A stretch of 64,000 nt of DNA from Nitrospirota bacterium (GTDB lineage: Bacteria > Nitrospirota > UBA9217). Shown piece by piece: positions 48,969-58,001 of this stretch (the first letter of the stretch is position 1; every line of letters starts with the position of its first letter). Where the stretch lies: contig CAWBNQ010000001.1 of NCBI GenBank assembly GCA_963790205.1, forward strand, positions 928,001 through 992,000, written 5' to 3'. The translations under genes were made by a program, and so were the position numbers. Below the pieces are notes generated by a model. That model had not been told where the DNA came from and did not search any database. It saw nothing but the letters and a program-made list of their open reading frames with translations.

Positions 48969-49234
48969 TGTCTTGTCATCCCTCTTTTGTTCTTCGGATC
49001 GTCTCAGTTTCCTGACCAAAGATGCCGCGGTTCTTCCGGCAATACTCGATTGAATCCTGGAGCGAGCGGACTCCCGCGGATGCCTATACGAGCCTTCATT
49101 TGCTGCAAAAAATTTCACATTCACATTATAGCATCGGTTATTTCAAGACGCAAGCGGCAGGGGTAACCCAGCCCCTCCCCAGGTTGCAGCCTTCCGGCGG
49201 GTGTCAGACCTTGCGGTATCAATCATGTTCGGTC

Positions 49235-49975
49235 TTACTTAAAGGTGACCGATGCGTGCTCATCAAAGGGATTTGTCCTTACGGCAAGAGAGAACAGATA
49301 CGGATATTCCTTCTTGAGGTGCTTCATATAGCTGAGCCATTCGCTGATCAGGATTATATAGGCCCTCCTGACGTCTCCCGCGAGATGTTCCCGGTCTGAA
49401 GCCGGGAGATGCGCCAGGTCGGTCCGGGCCTCAAGCTCTTCCGTCAGGTGAAAAATCGCCCAGAGCAGTTCCGTAAACGTCTCGTGCTCGAGCAGGCTCT
49501 GGTTTTCGAGAAGCCTCAGGAGAAAATCGCGTTTCTTGCTCAGAAAAAGCCCGAGCGCTCCCAGATCGTTTTTCTGCACGTCTATATGGTAATCGTACTT
49601 TTGAAGATCCGTCATGACCTGGGCAAACTGCCGGTCGCTCCAGTCCCTGTTCACGAGCAGTTCCGGCCTGATGCGGTCAACATGGTGATCAAAACCCGAG
49701 AACGACTTCAGCAGATGAGTGCCTGCCTCGCTGAAAAAAGCACCGATGACCATGTTCAGCTTGTTCAGCATCGCCGTTTTTTCCCGCAACCGCAGCACTT
49801 GATCGATGATCACCGTTACGATCAGTATCTGGATCGGAACGAAAGCCAGGTCCTGAAGGAGATAAAATAAGGTGTCGCGTCCGGCACGGAAGAGCCGTAT
49901 CTGAATAAAATACGTCAGCGCGGAAAGCATGACCAAACCAATGCCGAATGCTATCTGTCTTCGCAGATTCTTCAT
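49235..49975 (-). CDS. conserved hypothetical membrane protein
   Basis: Two N-terminal TMs, DLAFVPIQILIVT, KLNMVIGAFFSEAG, YPYLFSLAVRTNPFD; ATGA-coupled to the methyltransferase. Confidence 0.8.
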   Translation of the reverse strand: MKNLRRQIAFGIGLVMLSALTYFIQIRLFRAGRDTLFYLLQDLAFVPIQILIVTVIIDQVLRLREKTAMLNKLNMVIGAFFSEAGTHLLKSFSGFDHHVDRIRPELLVNRDWSDRQFAQVMTDLQKYDYHIDVQKNDLGALGLFLSKKRDFLLRLLENQSLLEHETFTELLWAIFHLTEELEARTDLAHLPASDREHLAGDVRRAYIILISEWLSYMKHLKKEYPYLFSLAVRTNPFDEHASVTFK

Positions 49976-50937
49976 GTTTTCTTTCCCGTCACGATGACGG
50001 TCTCCCCAAGCGCCTTTGTACTGATGGCCTTGAATCCCGCCTTTGCGAGCCATCCTCTCAGCTCCCGGACCGTGTAGGACCGGCCGTCCGCGGTATTGAC
50101 GAGCATATTGACGGAGAAGAGGGCGGCGGGGACAGGATGGGCACGGTCCTTTTCGAGCAGAAACTCATGGATGACGATCCGGCCCTTTGGCCCCAGTGCA
50201 TCGCGCGACTTCTCGATGAGCGCTTGGGCTTCCTCGATCGAGAGGGAATGCACGATCTGGCTGATGAAGACCAGATCGTAGCCGCTCCCGATATCATCAA
50301 TATGAAAATCTCCGGCCGCGAAATTGATATTTTCGATGCTCTGTTCGCTCACGAGCTCTTTCGCAATGACGATTGCTTCCGGAAGGTCGAAGAGGGTGAC
50401 ATCGATCTTTTTTGCGGCAAGCTCCATGCTGTATGTTCCCGGGCCGCCGCCCAGGTCGAGCGCGCGCCCGACGCCTTTGAGGTCGATCGCCGATATGACA
50501 CCTTTTGCCCGGATTACGGCATTGTTATGCATGGCCCTGATAAAAGAGCTGTAATCGCGCCCTCCTGATCGGTTCGGCAAGCCGGTCTGAACGACCTCGT
50601 CCAGCCCGGACCAGCTCTTCCAAAGACTGTCAGCATGGCGCAGCATGTCCCCCTGATACAGGGGGCTGTCCTGTACCAGGAACTTCCGCGCAGTTTCAGT
50701 ATTGCGATATTTGCCGCCTGATTTTTTGAGCAGTCCCACGGAGGTCACGGCATCGAGCAGGATCTCAATGGCCCGCGGGTCAGCGCTTACGGCACGGGCG
50801 ATGTCCCCGGCGGTCTTCGCGGCCTTCAGATGGTCGAAGATCCGGTAATTGTTGGCGGTGAGGACCACGCGGGAAGCCCTGAACCCTCCCCAGAGCCTCG
50901 CAAATTCCTGAAGCTGTTTTACAAGGTTTTTACTCAT
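49972..50937 (-). CDS. class I O-methyltransferase (Methyltransf_2 with dimerisation domain)
   Basis: ALDLGGGPGTYS, TLFDLP, AGDFH, YDLVFISQIVH, FSVNMLVNTADGRSY. Confidence 0.9.
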   Translation of the reverse strand: MSKNLVKQLQEFARLWGGFRASRVVLTANNYRIFDHLKAAKTAGDIARAVSADPRAIEILLDAVTSVGLLKKSGGKYRNTETARKFLVQDSPLYQGDMLRHADSLWKSWSGLDEVVQTGLPNRSGGRDYSSFIRAMHNNAVIRAKGVISAIDLKGVGRALDLGGGPGTYSMELAAKKIDVTLFDLPEAIVIAKELVSEQSIENINFAAGDFHIDDIGSGYDLVFISQIVHSLSIEEAQALIEKSRDALGPKGRIVIHEFLLEKDRAHPVPAALFSVNMLVNTADGRSYTVRELRGWLAKAGFKAISTKALGETVIVTGKKT

Positions 50938-51158
50938 AATGTCTTCCTCCTCTTGCTGCACGGGACCAGCTCATCATAGGCAAAAAGACCGCGAAAGTCA
51001 AAACGAATCAGGGTGTGGATGCGGGGAAACGATTCGAGTGCGGAATTCCCAGTCTAAGACATGTACATTTCTGCGGCTTGCCGGCGGACCACGGGTTCCG
51101 TAACTTCGCCGGCCTTTCCAGCTGCAACCTTTGTACCAAAATCGCAGTACGATGCTGA

Positions 51159-51196
51159 CGGGCATCATTGACGCCCGCCCTATTCGGTGCTATTTT
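51159..51196 (+). promoter_or_regulatory. promoter of the ku cluster with a palindrome over the -35
   Basis: TTGACG-17 nt-(TGc)TATTTT; cgggcatca-t-tgacgcccg inverted repeat (8/9) at 51159-51176. Confidence 0.5.
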
Positions 51197-51279
51197 TTAA
51201 ATAGGATTTAACTTGTCCCTTTTCGCTGCAACGGATTTCGCCGAAACAGGGCCATGAGAAGGACCGCGGAGGATCTACG

Positions 51280-52059
51280 ATGGCAGGAGCAACGATCTGG
51301 AAAGGGTATATCCATTTTGGGGATACGGACGTGCCGGTGAAGCTGCATTCCGCGGTCAGGGAAGAGCGGGTCCAGTTCCACCTCCTTCACGCGCGCGACC
51401 GGGTGAGACTTCGCCAGCAGATGATCTGTGCATATGAAAAACAACCGGTGCCCGTGGAAGAACAGACCAAAGGGTTTGAAGTGGAGGACGGGAAATATAT
51501 ACTCGTCGATCCGGAGGAGCTCGAACAGACCGTACCTGAAAGCAACCGGGTGATCGAGGTCCATGAATTCGTCAAAACGGAACAGATCGACCCCATCTTC
51601 GTTGATCGCGCCTACTACCTGGAGCCGGACAGTACGAACATTCAGGGAAAAGGATACAGCGCGCTGGCCAGGGCTTTGAAGGATATGGATGTGGAAGGCA
51701 TCTGCACCTGGACCATGAGAAAGCGGTCTTATCTCGGGGCCTTGCAGGCGAGCGGGAAGATCCTTCGCCTGAATACGCTTCGGTATGCCGACGAAGTGGC
51801 CTCGGTGAAATCACTTGGCCTGCAGGACGTTCCCTTGTCGGAAAAAGAACTCACGATCGGGAGTGAATTGATCGAGAAGTTGACCGCTCCTTTCGAGCCG
51901 CGGAAGTTCGAAAACGAACACCAGAAGAAGCTGCAGCAAATGATCGAAATGAAGGCCCGCGGAGAGAACATCGCGGTCCTGGCCCCCAGGCGCCTGAAAC
52001 CCACGGAATCAGACCAGCTGCTTCAGGCCCTTGAAGCGAGCCTGAAGGAAGCCGCGTGA
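51280..52059 (+). CDS. ku: Ku protein, copy 1 (divergent)
   Basis: IWKGYIHFGDTDVPVKLHSA, KGFEV, IEVHEFV..IDPIFVDRAYYLEP, TLRYADEV, LLQALEASL. Confidence 0.92.
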   Translation: MAGATIWKGYIHFGDTDVPVKLHSAVREERVQFHLLHARDRVRLRQQMICAYEKQPVPVEEQTKGFEVEDGKYILVDPEELEQTVPESNRVIEVHEFVKTEQIDPIFVDRAYYLEPDSTNIQGKGYSALARALKDMDVEGICTWTMRKRSYLGALQASGKILRLNTLRYADEVASVKSLGLQDVPLSEKELTIGSELIEKLTAPFEPRKFENEHQKKLQQMIEMKARGENIAVLAPRRLKPTESDQLLQALEASLKEAA

Positions 52060-52098
52060 GGACACAATCTTCAGCTTTCTGATTTTTGGAGAAACAAC

Positions 52099-52884
52099 AT
52101 GGCAGTTCAGGGAATATGGAGCGGGACGATCAGTTTCAGCCTGGTGGCGATACCGGTACGGTTGGTCACGGCAGTCAAGCCGGGCCGCGTCTCTTTTCAC
52201 CTGCTCCACAGCAAGGATTACTCCCGCCTCGCGCGAAGACTGTTCTGTCCGGAAGAAAAAACCATGGTCGCCCCGGATGAGATCGTCAGGGGATACGAGA
52301 TCGTACCGGACAAATACGCTCTGATGACGGACGAGGAACTCGAATCCCTGTCCCCGGAGCGAAGCCGTACGATCGAGATCCTCGAGTTCATCGATATAAA
52401 GGAAGTGGACCCGATCTATTATGATCACCCCTATTATCTCGTTCCTTCGAAAGGGGGCGAAAAAGCGTATCAACTGCTGGTCGAGGTGATGCGCCGGACG
52501 AACAAGGCCGGGCTCGCGAAATTTGTGCTGGCCGAACGTGAGTATCTGGTGGCGATCAAAAGCAGGGAGGGAGCGCTGGAGCTGGTCACACTTCATTACA
52601 GCGACGAAATCCTCCCCGATGAGGACATCTCACCGAAGAAAGGAAAGATTGGGGCCGAAGAGGAAGTCCGGATGAAAAAAAGCATCGAGCGGATGATCGA
52701 AGACTTTGATCCGGGAAAGTACGCGGACGAGCGCCGGAGAAAGCTCATGGATCTCCTGGCCGCGAAGGTGAAAGAAAAAGCCTTGGTGGAGGCCCCCGCA
52801 CGAGAGGAGGCAGAGGGAGAAGGTCCGGCCGATCTGGTCGCCGCGCTGGAGGAGAGCATGAGGAAAGTAAAGGAGGGCCGGTGA
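52099..52884 (+). CDS. ku: Ku protein, copy 2
   Basis: IWSGTISFSLVAIPVRL, IVRGYEI, IEILEFI..VDPIYYDHPYYLVP, DLVAALEESM. Confidence 0.95.
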   Translation: MAVQGIWSGTISFSLVAIPVRLVTAVKPGRVSFHLLHSKDYSRLARRLFCPEEKTMVAPDEIVRGYEIVPDKYALMTDEELESLSPERSRTIEILEFIDIKEVDPIYYDHPYYLVPSKGGEKAYQLLVEVMRRTNKAGLAKFVLAEREYLVAIKSREGALELVTLHYSDEILPDEDISPKKGKIGAEEEVRMKKSIERMIEDFDPGKYADERRRKLMDLLAAKVKEKALVEAPAREEAEGEGPADLVAALEESMRKVKEGR

Positions 52885-53786
52885 GCAGAACCTACGTCGA
52901 TATGGCCGAGAGAAGACTTTCGTTATCGAACCTTGAAAAGGATCTCTATCCCTCTTATGGTTTCACGAAGGCCAATATCCTGGAATACTACCGCGGGATC
53001 GCACCATTCATCCTGCCCCATTTGAAAGATAGGGCACTCACCTTGAAGCGCTATCCCGAAGGAGTGGAAAGGGATTTCTTTTTCGAGAAGCGATGCCCTT
53101 CTCACCGCCCGGAGTGGGTGAAAACAGCGGAAGTCTCCCAAGACGGCGGAGAGCCGATGACATTCTGCCTGGTCAACGATCTGGAAACACTGATATGGGT
53201 GGAGAACCTTGCATCTCTTGAACTTCATGTGCCCCTGGCCAGGGCCGGATTTTCTCAGACGCCCGATTCCATGGTCTTCGACCTGGATCCCGGCGATCCT
53301 GCAAATATTCTCGATTGTAGCCGGGTGGCGCTGATCCTTCGGGACCTGCTCTCCCGGATGGGGCTTATGAGCTACGTAAAAACCTCGGGTCAAAAAGGGC
53401 TTCATGTGTTTGTTCCTTTGAACCGCAAGGAGACGACCTTTGAGGATACCAAGACATTTTCGAAAGCCGTGGCAGAGATCATGCAAAAGCATTATCCGGA
53501 CCTGGTGACTTCGAGAATGGCAAAGCAAGAGCGGAAGGCAAAAGTCTTTATCAACTGGTCCCAGAACGACGCTTCGAAGACAATGATCTGCGTTTATTCC
53601 CTGCGCGCCCGGGAAAAACCGTTTGTTTCATTTCCGCTCGAATGGAGGGAAATGGAGAATCTGGCCGGGCTTGGCGACCCGGAAAAGATGCAGGTCCTGC
53701 ATTCGGAGGCTGTGAGGAGAATAGAAATACAAGGCGATCTCTTTCGAGAGGTACTCGTGAAGGAACAGAAGCTGCCGCATCTATAA
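52881..53786 (+). CDS. ligD: stand-alone LigD polymerase (AEP) domain protein
   Basis: LSNLEKDLYP, LKRYPEG, FFEKRCP, VFDLDPG, KTSGQKGLHV, KVFINWSQN, YSLRARE; GTGA-coupled to ku2. Confidence 0.93.
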   Translation: MSRTYVDMAERRLSLSNLEKDLYPSYGFTKANILEYYRGIAPFILPHLKDRALTLKRYPEGVERDFFFEKRCPSHRPEWVKTAEVSQDGGEPMTFCLVNDLETLIWVENLASLELHVPLARAGFSQTPDSMVFDLDPGDPANILDCSRVALILRDLLSRMGLMSYVKTSGQKGLHVFVPLNRKETTFEDTKTFSKAVAEIMQKHYPDLVTSRMAKQERKAKVFINWSQNDASKTMICVYSLRAREKPFVSFPLEWREMENLAGLGDPEKMQVLHSEAVRRIEIQGDLFREVLVKEQKLPHL

Positions 53787-53810
53787 ACGTGACAAGAACC
53801 GAAAGGCGTC

Positions 53811-53910
53811 TCTCGCGGAGCACGGGAAGTACGCAGAGTTAAATTAAGACATTTGAGGCTTGGTTTCAACTCAGAATAGTTATTGAGTTTCTCTCTGCGC
53901 CACTGCGAGA
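53811..53910. repeat. REP-like imperfect palindrome (cgcagag/ctctgcg type)
   Basis: tctcgcggagcacgggaagtacgcagag...ctctctgcgccactgcgaga. Confidence 0.55.
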
Positions 53911-53928
53911 AAAATTGCGTGTAATGCT

Positions 53929-55527
53929 ATGGGACTAAAAGAATACGCAGCAAAGCGGAAATTCGAGAAAACGCCGGAACCGACACCGGAGCTTCGCAGG
54001 CATGAGAACGGTCTCCTGTTTGTCATTCATAAGCACGCGGCCCGGGCACTTCATTACGATCTCAGGCTGGAGTTGGAGGGCGTGCTCAAAAGTTGGGCCG
54101 TGCCGAGGGGGCCCACGCTGGACCCTTCTGTGAAAAGGCTGGCCGTCATGGTCGAAGACCACCCCTTTGATTACAAGGATTTCGAGGGCGTTATCCCGGA
54201 GCACAATTACGGCGCAGGAAGCGTCATCATTTGGGACAAGGGTTTTTATCACCACCCTTCCGCAAAAGACAAAGAGGTCAGCGAGAAACTCCTTCTGGAG
54301 GGATTAAAAAAAGGAGACCTGAAATTCATACTCGATGGAGAAAAACTCCATGGTGAATTCGCGCTGGTAAGGATGGGAACGGACGGGAAGTCGTGGCTTC
54401 TCTTGAAGAAAAAAGACCGGAATGCTGCCAAAGAAGATATTCTCAAGGAGAACCGCTCCGTCGTGTCTTATAAGACGCTGGAGGAGATGCTCGAGACCAA
54501 CACGGCGAAATCTTTCCGGCAAAAGAAATCAAACCAGATCCGTGTTCACGAAGCGCTGGAAAGCGAAGACTTGAAGGATGCGCGCGTTATACCGATGCCC
54601 AGGGCCGTACAGCCGATGCTCGCGACCGTGGTCAAGGAGCCCTTTGATCATCCCGATTGGATCTTCGAGGTGAAATGGGACGGTTACCGGGCCGTTGCCG
54701 AGGTCCGGGACCGCGGGGTTTCGCTTTATTCCAGGAACCTGATCTCATTCAATAAAAAGTTTTCTCCTGTTGTGGACGCGCTTCGCAAATTCGAATTCGA
54801 CGCTGTCCTGGACGGCGAAATAGTTGTCGTGGATGATCAGGGACGCCCTGATTTCCAGATGCTGCAGCATTACCAGGCCGCGGGAAGCGGTCATTTGCTC
54901 TATTACGTGTTCGACCTCCTCTACTTCCGGGGACATGATCTGACAGGCCTGCCCCTCCTCAGGAGGAAAGAACTCTTAAAAAAAATCCTCCCCTCTTCCC
55001 CGAGAATAAAGTTCAGCGATCACGTAGTGCAGGAGGGCGTCTTGTTCTACAACGTCGTCAAAGAAAAGGGATTGGAAGGGATCATTGCAAAACATTCCCA
55101 AAGCGTATACGAAACGGGCAAAAGGAGCCGGCAGTGGCTGAAAGTGAAGACCCTGCTCACGCAGGAGGCCGTGATCGCGGGATTCACGGAACCGGGAGGA
55201 GACAGAAAATATTTCGGCGCCCTTGTACTTGGTGTGTTCGAAGGGGAACAGTTGATGTACATCGGCCATGTGGGGGGCGGATTCGCGGAGAAAGATCTGA
55301 AGGATATCCGCGAAAGAGCGGAGTCCCTGGTCCAGAAAGAATGCCCCTTTAAAGTGCAACCGGAGACCAATGCCCCTGTCACCTGGGTCAAGCCGGAGCT
55401 GGTCTGCGAGGTCAGCTTAGCCGGCTGGACCGACGAAAACGTCATGAGGCAGCCCGTGTTCTTGCGGCTGCGCGATGACAAAACCGCCCGCGAAGTGGTG
55501 CGCGAAAAGGTCGAGGAAGAGAGCTAA
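53929..55527 (+). CDS. ligD: LigD 3'-phosphoesterase + ATP-dependent ligase (no polymerase domain)
   Basis: PE: HAARALHYDLRLE, KSWAVPRGP, VEDHP; ligase: EVKWDGYR, LDGEIV, YVFDLL, LEGIIAK, WLKVK; OB domain. Confidence 0.95.
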   Translation: MGLKEYAAKRKFEKTPEPTPELRRHENGLLFVIHKHAARALHYDLRLELEGVLKSWAVPRGPTLDPSVKRLAVMVEDHPFDYKDFEGVIPEHNYGAGSVIIWDKGFYHHPSAKDKEVSEKLLLEGLKKGDLKFILDGEKLHGEFALVRMGTDGKSWLLLKKKDRNAAKEDILKENRSVVSYKTLEEMLETNTAKSFRQKKSNQIRVHEALESEDLKDARVIPMPRAVQPMLATVVKEPFDHPDWIFEVKWDGYRAVAEVRDRGVSLYSRNLISFNKKFSPVVDALRKFEFDAVLDGEIVVVDDQGRPDFQMLQHYQAAGSGHLLYYVFDLLYFRGHDLTGLPLLRRKELLKKILPSSPRIKFSDHVVQEGVLFYNVVKEKGLEGIIAKHSQSVYETGKRSRQWLKVKTLLTQEAVIAGFTEPGGDRKYFGALVLGVFEGEQLMYIGHVGGGFAEKDLKDIRERAESLVQKECPFKVQPETNAPVTWVKPELVCEVSLAGWTDENVMRQPVFLRLRDDKTAREVVREKVEEES

Positions 55528-55564
55528 TGATACCTGAATCATGCAATCAACCCCAACAGTCCAT

Positions 55565-55682
55565 AACCACAGGGGGCGCTGAGAAATTGTGAGAGTAAAT
55601 TCTGTGTTTCCCAGATAAGACTCTGCATTCTCTCTGGTTCAAGTTGAGATAACAGATTTAACTCTGAGTCCTCTGCGGTTAG
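55565..55682. repeat. REP-like degenerate palindrome (aaccacag/ctctg units)
   Basis: aaccacagggggcgctgag...ctctgcattctctctggtt...ctctgagtcctctgcggtt. Confidence 0.45.
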
Positions 55683-55727
55683 ACGTTGTTAGGTGATAAA
55701 GAAAACAAAGAACGGCGGTGATGGATT

Positions 55728-56480
55728 ATGAAGATACATGTCGGTACAAGCGGCTTTGCCCATAAAGAATGGAAGGGAAAATTCTATCCTGAAAAGATCC
55801 CGCCCAAGGACATGCTTCGCTTCTATGCCGAACGCCTCAACACAGTAGAGATCAATAATACCTTTTATCACATGCCCAAAGAGAGCGTGCTCTTGTCCTG
55901 GGCGGGACAGGTCCCTGATGATTTTATTTTCGCGCTCAAGGCGCCCCAGGTCATAACGCATATGAAGCAGCTCCGAAACGTGTTCGAGGAGACCGAGTAT
56001 CTCTTCAAATCGCTGTCGGCCCTGGACGGAAAACTGGGGCCGGTCCTTTTTCAGTTTCCCAAGAGTTTTCGTGCGAACATGCCCGCGCTGGAGGATTTTC
56101 TCCCTCTGATCCCCGGCGATGTGGCCTGTACGTTCGATTTTCGCAGCCCGACCTGGCTCGAGGGCGGCGTTCCGGACCTCCTTCGTAAAAAGGGATGCAG
56201 CTGGTGTATCGAGGATACTGACGAGAGCCCGACACAGGAGATCATCAGTACAGCTCCATGGGGGTACCTGCGCTTGCGCCGTTCCGATTACGCGGATGCC
56301 GATTTGTCACAATGGGCGGAAAGGATCCTTTCGCAAAAATGGGAGAGGGCCTTCGTTTTCTTTAAACATGAGGACGAGGCCAGAGGGGCTGAACTGGCGA
56401 TGCGTTTTCAGGAGCTCGTCGGTTCAAGATTCAATGGAGGGGAAATCAAGACTGGAAGGACAAGTAGTAAAGCCCGTTAG
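55728..56480 (+). CDS. DUF72 (YecE) domain protein
   Basis: HVGTSGF, WKGKFYP, TVEINNTFY, LKAPQVITH, LFQFPKSF, YLRLRR, FFKHED. Confidence 0.92.
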   Translation: MKIHVGTSGFAHKEWKGKFYPEKIPPKDMLRFYAERLNTVEINNTFYHMPKESVLLSWAGQVPDDFIFALKAPQVITHMKQLRNVFEETEYLFKSLSALDGKLGPVLFQFPKSFRANMPALEDFLPLIPGDVACTFDFRSPTWLEGGVPDLLRKKGCSWCIEDTDESPTQEIISTAPWGYLRLRRSDYADADLSQWAERILSQKWERAFVFFKHEDEARGAELAMRFQELVGSRFNGGEIKTGRTSSKAR

Positions 56481-56497
56481 GAAGGAAGTGATCGATT

Positions 56498-56677
56498 ATG
56501 AGACCTGTAGATATACTGGAATGGACCATGGGGTGGGCATGGCCTATTATGAGTGGCATCGTGGTCCTGATGGCCTGGGGCGTAGAGCGGATCATGACCT
56601 GGGATAAGCAGGAGGTGTCCGGGGAACAGTCAGCCGGTCCGATTCCGGGCAAACACTGTGTTTGTCGGTGCGACTGA
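56498..56677 (+). CDS. putative 59-aa membrane peptide ending CVCRCD
   Basis: GAAGGAAGTG then MRPVDILEWTMGWAWPIMSGIVVLMAWGVERIMTWDKQE...HCVCRCD*. Confidence 0.35.
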   Translation: MRPVDILEWTMGWAWPIMSGIVVLMAWGVERIMTWDKQEVSGEQSAGPIPGKHCVCRCD

Positions 56678-56700
56678 CCGTGCGCCTATCGTAGGATCGA

Positions 56701-57747
56701 TCATTCCGGCGTCCCGGCCTCGGAAGGCATAACGGTGATTTCGATACGTTCCTGCACGCGGAGCACGGACACTTTGACCGGCTTGCCGATGGGCCAGTCT
56801 GCAAGAAATTTCTGGAGCAGGTCCACCGTCGTGATATCGGTCCCGTTCATGGCCACGATAAGGTCGCCTTTCCGTATTCCACTCTGCGCGGCCGGGCTGC
56901 CTCGCGTCACCGAGAGGACTTCCACGGAAGACGACTGCGTCAAGTTAAAAAAGCGGACTGTCCTCCGGCTGAGGGGACGCTGTTGCGCGGCAATGCCCAA
57001 ATATCCGCGGCGCATCCTTCCGAGCGTGAGAAGCTGGGACACGACCCATTTTGCAGTATCGGAGGGGATGGAGAAGCCGATGCCCTGTGCGCCCATGATG
57101 ATCGCCGTGTTCAGTCCCACGATCCTGCCCCGCGAATCCACCAGCGGGCCTCCTGAATTACCCGGATTGAGCGGAGCGGTATGCTGGATGATGTTCTCGA
57201 TGAGCCGTCCTTCCCTGCTCCGCAGCGCCCTGCCGAGAGCGCTCACCACGCCGGTAGATACGGTGGACTGGAACCCGAAGGGATTGCCGATGGCGATCAC
57301 GAGTTGCCCGGCGCGAAGTGATGCGGATTCGCCAAGTGTTGCAAAGGGCAGGTTGGCCGAGTCGGCGCGGATCACGGCAAGATCGGTGGCGGGGTCCGTA
57401 CCCACGATGGCCGCCGCGTGCGTCGTTCCGTTCGTCAGCGACACGGCCAGCGATTTCGAGCCGTGCACGACATGATCGTTCGTCAGGACATACCCGTCCG
57501 GCGCGATGATGACGCCCGATCCGGCACCGCCTGCATAGGGTTCAGCGTTATTCGACCGCGTTCCGGTTGAGATGCTCACGACAGCAGGACCAACAGCATC
57601 CACCACGGTTATGACCGCCCGGGAGTAGGCATCCAGGAGCTCAACTTCGGATTTCTCGGCACTGCCCATTTCGCAGGGACGGGGGGGATTTTGTCCCCCG
57701 CTTGCGTTATTGATCAGCTTGAGCGTTCTTTGGGTCACGTCGTCCAT
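56701..57747 (-). CDS. HtrA/DegQ-like serine protease with one PDZ domain, no signal peptide
   Basis: GSGVII, LTNDHVV, TDLAVI, IAIGNPFG, LNPGNSGGPL, PDZ GSPAAQSGIRKGD. Confidence 0.93.
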   Translation of the reverse strand: MDDVTQRTLKLINNASGGQNPPRPCEMGSAEKSEVELLDAYSRAVITVVDAVGPAVVSISTGTRSNNAEPYAGGAGSGVIIAPDGYVLTNDHVVHGSKSLAVSLTNGTTHAAAIVGTDPATDLAVIRADSANLPFATLGESASLRAGQLVIAIGNPFGFQSTVSTGVVSALGRALRSREGRLIENIIQHTAPLNPGNSGGPLVDSRGRIVGLNTAIIMGAQGIGFSIPSDTAKWVVSQLLTLGRMRRGYLGIAAQQRPLSRRTVRFFNLTQSSSVEVLSVTRGSPAAQSGIRKGDLIVAMNGTDITTVDLLQKFLADWPIGKPVKVSVLRVQERIEITVMPSEAGTPE

Positions 57748-58001
57748 ATCCGTGAGTTCCTTCGATGACGAAACAGCCGATTCGCCTCTCAATAAACTCT
57801 ACCACAATCTCCCCGCGAAGTCCAAGGCACACCAAGTCATGCGAGGGTCATGTCATTACGGGTTGTTGAAAGCGTTTAAAGGTTCTGTGCGGGCAAAGCG
57901 AAGCAATCCTGTTTTTCAACAAAAAAGCAAGAACTGATGGGACAAGGCTTCGAAGTGGTCGTAGGACAAAGGGCGGCAAGCGCCCGGAAGAGGGTAACCT
58001 C

